A stretch of DNA of 64,000 bases, taken from assembly GCF_963921235.1 (NCBI RefSeq), contig NC_086097.1, positions 64,482,001-64,546,000 on the forward strand, written 5' to 3'. A program made the translations under genes and the position numbers. Positions 53,746 to 64,000 of the stretch are shown here, one piece after another. A model generated the notes under the pieces. The model was not told the DNA's origin and made no database searches. It saw nothing but the letters and a program-made list of their open reading frames with translations. Each line of letters starts with the position of its first letter. Within the stretch, counting starts at the first letter, position 1. This DNA is from Mobula hypostoma. Lineage: Eukaryota.

Positions 53746-55857
53746 TCGCATGCTTAACATTTAAAACAGTTGTTTTCCAAGTCTACCTGCTATTTCCAAG
53801 TTTTCCTTTTCTTGAATCAAAGCCTGAGTTGTTTATTGAGATCTTGAAATTATTCCTCAGTTGTTTCCATGTTTTCATTTTATAATCTGAATGTAGATAA
53901 TTCACTTTGCAACAAATTCCTATTTCCTTTTGTAACTTTGGAATAAGTTCCTCCATTTTTAATCCGTTTTCCATGTCACTGAATTTTTGACAACAAGCAT
54001 CTTTTTCAGAAACCGTCTCCTTTAAATGCAGTACTGTTTCGTCCAATCTCTTTCCAACTCACAGTTATTCTTATTGAGTACTTCTATTTGTTGATAGAGT
54101 TCTGCACATTTACCCTGGGTTTCAACCATGTTTCTTGTAACATAAGATCTGAGGTTTTTTCCTTAAATTCTGGGACATATTTCGTAAATTCTTGATCATT
54201 TGCGATAAGACTCCTTGCATTCCCTCGTAATATATATATACAGCCATTAATTTCCCGCTTCACCTGCCTGTGAACTGTTTGATCCTCCATTCAGTGTATC
54301 TGTGACTGCTTCCCACCTAAGCCCTGTAATACCAAGATATTTTTCTGCAGACTTGACTATAATTTAAATTTTTTCAGTTCTTTTGTCTGTTTGCGCTGAA
54401 CAGTTAATTGCATCTACCATAAACAGTACGAAATCCTTCTTACTCATAATCAGTATGTCCTTATTTATCATATTACAACCCTCACAGTTCACTGGTTTAT
54501 TACTCCCTGTATTTGTTTGCTTGATAGCCTTCTTTTTTCTAGCAAATGCTTTCACTGCCTCTACGTAATTGACGCCTTGAGTTACTTTTACATATTGTAT
54601 CTCAGCTTCTTTCTTTCTAATAATGCATCCTTGATAAGTTGCACTGTGTTCCTCACCACAATTGCAGCATTTCAGCCTAGCTCCTGCCTCACATTTTCCA
54701 TATTTGTGTTCTCCAGCGCATCTGCCACATCTTTGTTTCCCTCTGTAGACCGCTGCAATATGCCCGAATTTCTGACATTTAAAGCATCTTAAAGGCGGTG
54801 GTATATATATTCTTACCTCATAACATATATACCCTAAATAAACTTTAGTTAGCAATCTCTCTTCATCAAAGTTGATCATAACCAATAAACTATCACACTT
54901 TTCCCCATTTCTTGTAACTTTCAAACATTTCATCTCAATAATTTTTGCTCCTTTTATGTTCTGTTTAATCTCATCCATAGTAGCTTTTGTTGGTATCCCC
55001 GAAATAACTCCTCTAGTTCTTTCTATATTTTTGCCGTCTATTTTACATAACCTTATCACTTTGCCTTGTTGAGCACTACCCCGACAAATCACTAATAGCG
55101 ATCTATTTTGTAAAATCTTTGCTCTTTTGACTTCACCTATAAGTTTGTTGATTATCTTCGTCAAATGAATCGGGTTCCATTCACCAAAAGACATAGAAAC
55201 ATAGAAACATAGAAAATAGGTGCAGGAGTAGGCCATTCGGCCCTTCGAGCCTGCACCGCCATTTATTATGATCATGGCTGATCATCCAACTCAGAACCCC
55301 GCCCCAGCCTTCCCTCCATACCCCCTGACCCCCGTAACCACAAGGGCCATATCTAACTCCCTCTTAAATATAGCCAATGAACTGGCCTCAACTGTTTCCT
55401 GTGGCAGAGAATTCCACAGATTCACCACTCTCTGTGTGAAGAAGTTTTTCCTAATCTCGGTCCTAAAAGGCTTCCCCTCTATCCTCAAACTGTGGCCCCT
55501 CGTTTTGGACTTCCCCAACATCGGGAACAATCTTCCTGCATCTAGCCTGTCCAATCCCTTTAGGATCTTATACGTTTCAATCAGATCCCCCCTCAATCTT
55601 CTAAATTCCAACGAGTACAAGCCCAGTTCATCCAGTCTTTCTTCATATGAAAGTCCTGCCATCCCAGGAATCAATCTGGTGAACCTTCTTTGTACTCCCT
55701 CTATGGCAAGGATGTCTTTCCTCAGATTAGGGGACCAAAACTGCACACAATACTCCAGGAAACAACAGGAATTCTGCAGATGCTGGAAATTCAAGCAACA
55801 TACATCAAAGTTGCTGGTGAACGCAGCAGGCCAAGCAGCATCTATAGGAAGAGGCGC

Positions 55858-55893
55858 AGTCGACGTTTCAGGCCGAGACCCTTCGTCAGGACT
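55858..55893 (-). ncRNA. Minimal hammerhead ribozyme motif (left arm)
   Basis: Reverse complement is AGTCCTGACGAAGGGTCTCGGCCTGAAACGTCGACT. Confidence 0.75.
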
Positions 55894-55921
55894 AACTGAA
55901 GGAAGAGTTAGTTAGTCAGTT

Positions 55922-55957
55922 AGTCCTGACGAAGGGTCTCGGCCTGAAACGTCGACT
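55922..55957 (+). ncRNA. Minimal hammerhead ribozyme motif (right arm)
   Basis: AGTCCTGACGAAGGGTCTCGGCCTGAAACGTCGACT, identical to 3838-3873. Confidence 0.75.
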
Positions 55958-58900
55958 GCGCCTCTTCCTATAGATGCTGCTTGGCCTGCTGCGTTCACCA
56001 GCAACTTTGACAATACTCCAGGTGTGGTCTCACCAAGGCCTTGTACAACTGCAGTAGTACCTCCCTGCTCCTGTACTCAAATCCTCTTGCTATAAATGCC
56101 AGCATACCATTCGCCTTTTTCACCACCTGCTGTACCTGCATGCCCACTTTCAATGACTGGTGTATAATGACACCCAGGTCTCGTTGCATCTCCCCTTTTC
56201 CTAATCGGCCACCATTCAGATAATAATCTGTTTTCCTATTTTTGCCACCAAAGTGGATAACTTCACATTTATCCACATTAAATTGCATCTGCCATGAATT
56301 TGCCCACTCACCCAACCTATCCAAGTCACCCTGCATCCTCTTAGCATCCTCCTCACAGCTAACACTGCCACCCAGCTTCGTGTCATCCGCAAACTTGGAG
56401 ATGCTGCATTTAATTCCCTCATCCAAGTCATTAATATATATTGTAAACAACTGGGGTCCCAGCACTGAGCCTTGCGGTACTCCACTAGTCACCGCCTGCC
56501 ATTCTGAAAAGGTCCCGTTTATTCCCACTCTTTGCTTCCTGTCTGCTAACCAATTCTCTATCCACATCAATACCTTACCCCCAATACCGTGTGCTTTAAG
56601 CTTGCACACTAATCTCCTGTGTGGGACCTTGTCAAAAGCCTTTTGAAAATCCAAATATACCACATCCACTGGTTCTCCCCTATCCACTCTACTAGTTACA
56701 TCCTCAAAAAATTCTATGAGATTCGTCAGACATGATTTTCCTTTCACAAATCCATGCTGACTTTGTCCGATCATTTCACCGCTTTCCAAATGTGCTGTTA
56801 TCACATCTTTGATAACTGACTCCAGCAGTTTCCCCACCACCGACGGTAGGCTAACCGGTCTATAATTCCCCGGTTTCTCTCTCCCTCCTTTTTTAAAAAG
56901 TGGAGTTACATTAGCCACCCTCCAATCCTCAGGAACTAGTCCAGAATCTAACGAGTTTTGAAAAATTATCACTAATGCATCCACTATTTCTTGGGCTACT
57001 TCCTTAAGCACTCTAGGATGCAGACCATCTGGCCCTGGGGATTTATCTGCCTTCACTCCCTTCAATTTACCTAACACCGCTTCCCTACTAACATGTATTT
57101 CGCTCAGTTCCTCCATCTCACTGGACCCTCTGTCTCCTACTATTTCTGGAAGATTATTTATGTCCTCCTCAGTGAAGACAGAACCAAAGTAATTATTCAA
57201 TTGGTCTGCCATGTCCTTGCTCCCCATAATCAATTCACCTGTTTCTGTCTGCAGGGGACCTACATTTGTCTTTACCAGTCTTTTCCTTTTTACATATCTA
57301 TAAAAGCTTTTACAGTCCGTTTTTATGTTCCCTGCCAGTTTTCTCTCATAATCTTTTTCCCCCTTCCTAATTAAGCCCTTTGTCCTCCTCTGCTGAACTC
57401 TGAATTTCTCCCAGTCCTCAGGTGAGCCACATTTTCTGGCTAATTTGTATGCTTCTTCTTTGGAATTGATACTATCCCTAATTTCCCTAGTCAGCCACGG
57501 GTGCACTACCTTCCTTGATTTATTTTTTGCCAAACTGGGATGAACAATTGTTGTAGTTCATCCATGCAACCTTTAAATGCTTGCCATTGCATATCCACCA
57601 TCAATCCTTTAAGTGTCATTTGCCAGTCTATCTTAGCTAATTCACGTTTCATACCTTCAAAGTTACCCCTCTTCAAGTTCAGAACCTTTGTTTCTGAATT
57701 AACTATGTCACTCTCCATCTTAATGAAGAATTCCACCATATTATGGTCACTCTTACCCAAGGGGCCTCTCACGACAAGATCGCTAATTAACCCTTCCTCA
57801 TTGCTCAAAACCCAGTCCAGAATAGCCTGCTCTCTAGTTGGTTCCTCGACATGTTGGTTCAAAAAACCATCCCACATACATTCCAAGAAATCCTCTTCCT
57901 CAGCACCTTTACCAATTTGGTTCACCCAGTCTACATGTAGATTGAAGTCACCCATTATAACTGCTGTTCCTTTATTGCACACATTTCTAATTTCCTGTTT
58001 AATACCATCTCTGACCTCACTACTACTGTTAGGTGGCCTGTACACAACTCCCACCAGCGTCTTCTGCCCCTTAGTGTTACGCAGCTCTACCCATATCGAT
58101 TCCACATCTTCCCGGCTTATGTCCTTCCTTTCTATTGCGTTAATCTCTTCTTTAACCAGCAACGCCACTCCACCTCCCCTTCCTTCATGTCTATCCCTCC
58201 TGAATATTGAATATCCCTGAACGTTGAGCTCCCATCCCTGGTCACCCTGTAGCCATGTCTCTGTGATCCCAACTATATCATAATCATTAATAACAATCTG
58301 CACTTTCAATTCATCCACCTTATTACGAATGCTCCTTGCATTGACACACAAAGCCTTCAGGTGCTCTTTTACAACTCTCTTAGCCCTTATGTTGAAAAGT
58401 GGCCCTTTTTAATGCTTGCCCTGGATTTGTCGGCCTGCCACTTTTACTTTTTTCCTTAGTACTTTTTGCTTCTACCCTCACTTTACACCCCTCTGTCTCT
58501 CTGCACTGGTTCCCATCCCCCTGTTGTGAACTAACCTCCTCACGCCTAGCCTCTTTAATTTGATTCCCACCCCCCAACCATTCTCGTTTAAAGTCACCTC
58601 AGTAGCCCCCGCTAATCTCCCTGCCAGGATATTGGTCCCCCTAGGATTCAAGTGTAACCTGTCCTTTTTGTACAGGTCACACCTGCGCCAAAAGAGGTCC
58701 CAATGATCCAAAAACTTGAATCCCTGCCCCCTGCTCCAATCCCTCAGCCACGCATTTATCCTCCACCTCATCGCATTTCTACTCTCACTGTTGCGTGGCA
58801 CAGGCAGTAATCCCGAGATTACTACCTTTGCGGTCCTTTTTCTCAACTCCCTACCTAGCTCCCTATATTCTCCTTTCAGGACCTCATCCCTTTTCCTACC

Positions 58901-59665
58901 TATGTCATTGGTACCAATATGTACCACGACCTCTGGCTCCTCACCCTCCCACTTCAGGATATCTTGGACACGATCAGAAATATCCCGGACCCTGGCACCA
59001 GGGAGGCAAACTACCATCCGGGTCTCTGGACTGCGTCCACAGAATCGCCTATCTGACCCTCTTACTATTGTTGTCCCCTATCACAACTGCCCTCCTCTTC
59101 CTTGCCCTACCCTTCTGAGCTACAGGGCCAGACTCTGTGCTGGGGGCTTCCCGGGTAAGCTGTCCCCCCCAACAGTACTCAAACAGGAGTACCTGTTGTT
59201 AAGGGGCACAGCCACCGGGGTACTCCCTATTACCTGACTTTTCCCTTTCTCCCTCCTAACCATGACCCACTTGTCTGCCTCCCGTGGCCCCGGCGTGACA
59301 ACCTGCCTGCAACTCCTCTCTATCACCTCCTCACTCTCCCTGACCAGACGAAGGTCATCGAGCTGCAGCTCCAGTTCCGTAACGCGGTCCCTTAGGAGCT
59401 GCATCTCGATGCACTTGGCGCAGATGTAGACGTCCGGGAGGCTTGGAGACTCCAGGGCCTCCCACATCCGACACCGAGAACAGCAAACTGCCCTCACACT
59501 CATACTGCCCCTCTCCTCAAATAACAACAGAAAATGAATGCCAAACCTTCCTCGCCTCGCCCGTCTCCGCCTAAGCCCGTTGAGCCGAAGCCCTTAAGTC
59601 TTCACTCTGCTCCCGGCTCACTCCGCAGCCCGCAAACTACGCTGCCCGCTCTATGAGGCTTTGTT

Positions 59666-59906
59666 CCTTTTAAATCTGCCGCACTGCACTGCCCGACGTC
59701 ATACGCCTGCGCAGTCCCGCCTTTCAGAACGCCGCTGGAGAAAAAAAAATAACGAAAACTTCAAAAATGTCTTTCTCGGCACTCCCACTCAGACTCTCAG
59801 ACTCCTTCTTCGAATCAAACCCGAAGCAGGATGTCTGCCCTTTTAAATCTGCCGCGCTGCACTGCCCGACGTCACACACCTGCGCAGTCCCGCCTCTCAG
59901 AACGCC
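59666..59906 (-). promoter_or_regulatory. Duplicated 68-bp putative internal promoter module in the CR1 5' UTR
   Basis: Copies at 59666-59733 and 59839-59906; minus strand reads GGCGGG, TGCGCAGG, TGACGTC, ATTTAAAAG in order. Function is inferred. Confidence 0.55.
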
Positions 59907-60065
59907 TCTCAGAACACTCCGTCTTCGCTCAGTGTTATAATTGCTTTAATCTCATCTTCTTTCCGTTGTTTCGCTATCCTATTTTGTTTGTCCCCTGAAT
60001 CCTTAGAGTTTGACATCCCATAAATAACAGATGGGGTATGTATATAAATAAATAACGGATGGAAA

Positions 60066-60566
60066 AGATGAAGCCACGGTCAGGTTGGAGGAACAACACC
60101 TTATATTCCTTTTGGGTAGCCTCCAACCTGATGGCATGAACATTGACTTCTCAAACTTCCATTAATGTCCCACCTCCCCCTCGTACCCCATCCGTTACTT
60201 ATTTATATACACACATTCTTTCTCTCTCTCTCCTTTTTCTCCCTCTGTCCCTCTGACTATACCCCTTGCCCATCCTCTGGGTTGTTTCCCCCCTCCCCCT
60301 TTTCCTTCTCCCTGGGCCTCCTGTCCCATGATCCTCTCATATCCCTTTTACCAATCACCTGTCCAGCTCTTGGCTCCATCCCTCCCCCTCCTGTCTTCTC
60401 CTGTCATTTTGGATCTCCCCCTCCTCCTCCCACTTTCAAATCTCTTACTAGCTCTTCCTTCAGTTAGTCCTGATGAAGGGTCTCGGCCCAAAACGTCGAC
60501 TGTACCTCTTCCTAGAGATGCTGCCTGGCCTGCTGCGTTCACCAGCAACTTTGATGTGTGTTGCTC
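60066..60566 (+). mobile_element. Penelope-like 3' end (GIY-YIG tail plus terminal repeat); hammerhead motif with GAAA>AAAA change at about 60466-60501
   Basis: gatgaagccacggtcaggttggaggaacaacaccttata.. (DEATVRLEEQHLI..LGSLQPDGMNIDFSNF). Confidence 0.82.
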
Positions 60567-60937
60567 TTTACCTTCCCACTAATTTTTGCAATGTTATATG
60601 TTCTTACTTTTGTTTTTATGCTGTCTTTGACTTCCCATGGTCAGACACAGTTGCCTCATCCTCCCTTTAGAATACTTCTTCATCTTTACAATGTATCTAT
60701 TCTGTGTCTCTGAATTTCCCCTAGAAACATCAGCTATTGTTGTTCTGCTGTCCTCTCTGCTAGTAAACCCCTTCCAATCAACTTTGGCCAGCTCTTCTCT
60801 CATCCCTCTGGAATTCCCTTTACTCCACTGTAATATTGATACATTCAATTTAAGGTTTTACATTAAACTTCTGGGTGAATTTTATCATATGATGATCGCT
60901 GTAACCTAAAGGTTTCCTTACCTTAAGCTCCCTTAAT

Positions 60938-61353
60938 TGCAGGACTCTGTAGAGAATGGAGCGGACAGCCCAGCACATCTGTAGTTATGAACTTCCCGTG
61001 ATTCAGGGCATTTACAAGGACAGCTGTGTAAAAAGGGCCTGTAGGATTATTGGGGACCTGAGTCACCCCAACCACAATCTATTCCAGCTGCTACCATCCG
61101 GGATGCAGTACCACAGCATAAAAGCCAGGACCAACAAGCTCTGGGACAGCTTCTTCCACCAGGCCATCAGACTGATGAACTCACACTGATTTGAGTGTAT
61201 TCTATATTACATTGACTGTTCTATTTATTAAAAATTGTTATAAATTATTATGATTGCACATTGCACATTTAGATGGAGACGTAACATAAAGATTTTTACT
61301 CCTCATGTATATGAAGGATGTAAGAAATAAAGTCAATTCAATTCAATTCAATT
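60938..61353 (+). mobile_element. Rex1-like 3' fragment with (CAATT)n tail
   Basis: RACRIIGDLSHPNHNLFQLLPSG..DSFFHQAIRLMN; aataaagtcaattcaattcaattcaattc. Confidence 0.8.
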
Positions 61354-62109
61354 CTAATCAAATATGGATTATTACACAGCACCCAATCCAGAATTGCTGC
61401 TCCCCTAGCGGGTTCGACCACAAGCTGCTCTCAAAAGCCATCTCGTATATATACTACAAATACTCTCTCTTGGGATCCAGCACCAAGCTGACTTCCCCAT
61501 TTTGAAATTCCCCATTATTAAGGCACTTTTTACATGCCTTTTCTATCTCCCATTGTAATTTGTATCCCAAATCCTGGCTACTGTGAGTTTCTTTACTCAC
61601 AAGGATTCTACGTCTTTCAATCCTATGTCACCTGTTTCGAAGGATTGGATTTCATTTTTTACTCAGCAGAGCCATGCCACACCTCTGCCTACCTGCCTAT
61701 CCTTTTGATATAATGTGTATCCTTGGATGTTAAACTCACAACTATGATCTTCCTTCAGCCGACAAAGTCATACCTGCCAATCTCTAACTGTGCTAGAAGA
61801 TCATCTGCCTTATTCTGTATACTGCATGCATTCAAGTATAAAACTTTCAGTCCTGTTTTCATCATCCTTTTTGATTTTGACCTCTTGTTACACTTCAACT
61901 CATCTCACTCACTGTAATTTTGCCCCATTATCTACCTGTCCTTCCTCACAGTCTCACTACACACTGCATCTAGTTATGTACCAACTGCTCCATCTTCAGC
62001 CCTATCACTCTGCTTTCCATCCCCCTGCCAAATTAGTTTAAACCCCCCCCCCACTCCTCTTACAAACCTGCCCATAAGGATACTAGTCCTCCTTGGGTTG
62101 AGGTGTAAC

Positions 62110-63335
62110 ACCATAAGACAAAGGAGCAGAAGTCGGCCATTTGGCCCACCGAGTCTGCTCCGCCATTCTATCATGAGCTGATCCAATCTCCCATTTAGTC
62201 CCCCTCCCCTGCCTTCTCACCATAACCTTTCATGCCCTGGTTACTCATCTCTGCCTTAAATATACCTGATGACTTGACCTCTACTGCCACCCGTGGCAGC
62301 AGATTCCACAGATTCACCACCCTCTGGCTGAAAAAATTTCTTTGCATCTCTGTTCTGAATGGGCGCCCTTCAACCCTTAAGTCATGCCCTCTTGTACTAG
62401 ACTACCCCACCATGGGAAACAACTTTGCTATGTCCACTCTGTTCATGCCTTTCAACATTCGAAATGTTTCTATGAAGTCCCCCCTCATTCTTCTAAACTC
62501 CAAGGAGTACAGTCCATGAGCGGACAAACGTTCCTCATGTTAACCCTCTCATTCCCAGAATCATTCCAGTGAATCTTCTGTGAACCGTCTCCAGCATCAG
62601 CACATCCTTTCTTAAATAAGGAGCCCAAAACTGCACACAGTACTCCAAGTGAGGTCTTACCAGTGCCTTATAGAGCCTCAACATCACATCCCTACTCCTA
62701 TACTCCATTCCTCTAGAAATGAATGCCAACATTGCATTCGCCTTCTTCACCACCGACTCAACCTGGAGGTTAACCTTAAGGGTATCCTGTACGAGGACTC
62801 CCAAGTCCCATTGCAACTCAGAACTTTGAATTCCCCATTTAAATAATGGTCTGCCTGTTCATTTCTTCTACCAAAGTGCATAACCATACACTTTCCAACA
62901 TTGTACTTCATTTGCCACTTCTCTGCCCATTCTTCCAATCTATCCAAGTCTCTCTGTAGACTCTCTGTTTCCTCAGCACTACCAGCCCCTCCAACTATCT
63001 TTGTATCATCAGCAAACTTAGCCACAAAGCCATCTATTCCATAATCCAAATCATTGATGTACAGAGTAAAAAGAAGTGGCCCCAACACGGACCCCTGTGG
63101 AACACTACTGGTAACCAGCAGCCAAACAGAATGGGATCCCTTTATTCCCACTCTCTGTTTCCTGCCAATCAGCCAACGCTCTGTCCACCTATGTAACTTT
63201 CCCATAATTCCATGGGCTCTTATCTTGTTTAGCAGCCTCATGTGTGGCACCTTGTCAAAGGCCTTCTGAAAATCCAAATACACAACATCCACTGCGTCTC
63301 CCTTGTCTAGCCTACTTGTAATTTCCTCAAAAAAT
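62110..63335 (-). mobile_element. 5'-truncated CR1, same subfamily as 33829-38103
   Basis: MDVVYLDFQKAFDKVPHMRLLNK..KFADDTK; 3' UTR matches 51790-52100. Confidence 0.92.
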
Positions 63336-64000
63336 TTTTGTACAGGTCATACCTTCCCCAGAAGAGATCCCAATGATTCAGAAATCCGAACCCCTGCCCT
63401 CCTGCACTATTTCCTCAGCCACACATTCATCTGCCAAATCTGCCAAATCATCCTATTCTTACCCTCATTGGCATGTGGCATAGGCAATAATCCAGAGGTT
63501 AATGCCCTGGAGGTCTGGCTTTTTGCCTTACTCCCTATACTCTCTCTTCAGACCCTCCTCCCTTTTCCTACTATGTCATTGGTACCAATATATACCATGA
63601 CTCCCAGCTGTTCAATCTCCCCCTTTAGAACGTCATTAACCAGATCTGAGACACCCCTAACCCTGGCACTTGGGAGGCAACATACCATCCGGGTGTCCCT
63701 TTCACATCCACGGAGTCTGTTTTCTATTCCTCTAATTATGGAAAATAATTATTAGCAGATCTGTAACGATTCATAGCCATTCCATTATTCCACCTCTCAA
63801 ACCCCTCACCAATTCTGCAGTTATTTTTATTTCTCTGTGGGACCATGTGTTTTCTGTTGTGATGAAGTGTTTTGGATCTGATTCTCCTCAGATCCTTTGA
63901 AATCCATTATCCCTTATCCTAAATTTATGTCCTCTTGTTTTATTTGCCTCTGATTAAGGGGAAAATATACTCTACCCTAACAATACCCTTCCAAATCTTA

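Larger units (their letters stand above)
55760..56009. mobile_element. Penelope-derived palindromic insertion with 13-bp TSD
   Basis: TSD acaatactccagg at 55747-55759 and 56010-56022; perfect 95-bp inverted repeat 55805-55899 / 55916-56010. Confidence 0.92.
55194..59913 (-). mobile_element. Young full-length CR1 LINE (CpG-rich 5' UTR, ORF1 esterase, ORF2 with one frameshift and a Penelope-derived insert)
   Basis: ORFs 59120-59527 and 58478-59017 (ORF1), 57506-58351 (EN), 55995-57533 (RT), 55291-55794 (C-terminus); (CATAGAAA)n tail on plus; ACA at both junctions. Confidence 0.95.
54060..60030 (-). mobile_element. Nimb/I-group LINE remnant (gag-like ORF1 with three Cys-His knuckles, start of endonuclease), split by the CR1 at 55194-59913
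   Basis: YIPPPLRCFKCQKFGH..CGRCAGEH..CCNCGEEH; NARSLIANDQEF..QETWLKP; removing the CR1 restores the frame ..LSEDGV-SFGEWNPI... Confidence 0.82.
60567..63745 (-). mobile_element. Old CR1 5' portion (ORF1 esterase and EN) interrupted by two younger inserts
   Basis: Homologous to 20540-22200; sequence continues across the inserts at about 60938-61353 and 62110-63335. Confidence 0.8.

Noticed and set aside
55760..56009. MITE/DNA transposon or pre-miRNA
   Set aside because: The inverted repeat is not terminal on the left (45 extra bp), and the sequence is the same repeat that follows GIY-YIG remnants elsewhere, so a Penelope origin fits better.
60466..60501. Active hammerhead ribozyme
   Set aside because: The conserved GAAA is mutated to AAAA (catalytic G12 position), so it is likely inactive.

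Overview
Eukaryotic (vertebrate) intergenic or intronic DNA. The transposable element mix (CR1 with esterase ORF1, L1, Rex1/Babar, RTE, Nimb, Penelope, BEL/Pao, Gypsy, an HE1-like SINE) suggests a cartilaginous fish such as a ray or shark; that is an inference. Most of the window is nested, decayed retrotransposons, and I cannot support any host protein-coding gene. Almost all listed ORFs are retroelement fragments or their antisense shadows. Several insertions resolve to the base with target-site duplications (TSDs). Most notable signals: (1) Penelope-like terminal repeats carrying minimal hammerhead-ribozyme motifs, including a 250-bp insert that is a perfect 95-bp inverted repeat with one hammerhead per strand and a 13-bp TSD; (2) a triplicated 61-bp structured unit between L1 ORF1 and ORF2; (3) an inverted 5' half of a Gypsy element with a 62-bp breakpoint duplication; (4) a duplicated promoter-like module in a young CR1; (5) two kinds of non-autonomous SINE-like inserts with TSDs. 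I do not see a clearly new biological system. The hammerhead/Penelope link is known in principle, and the specific structures here are candidates to check.
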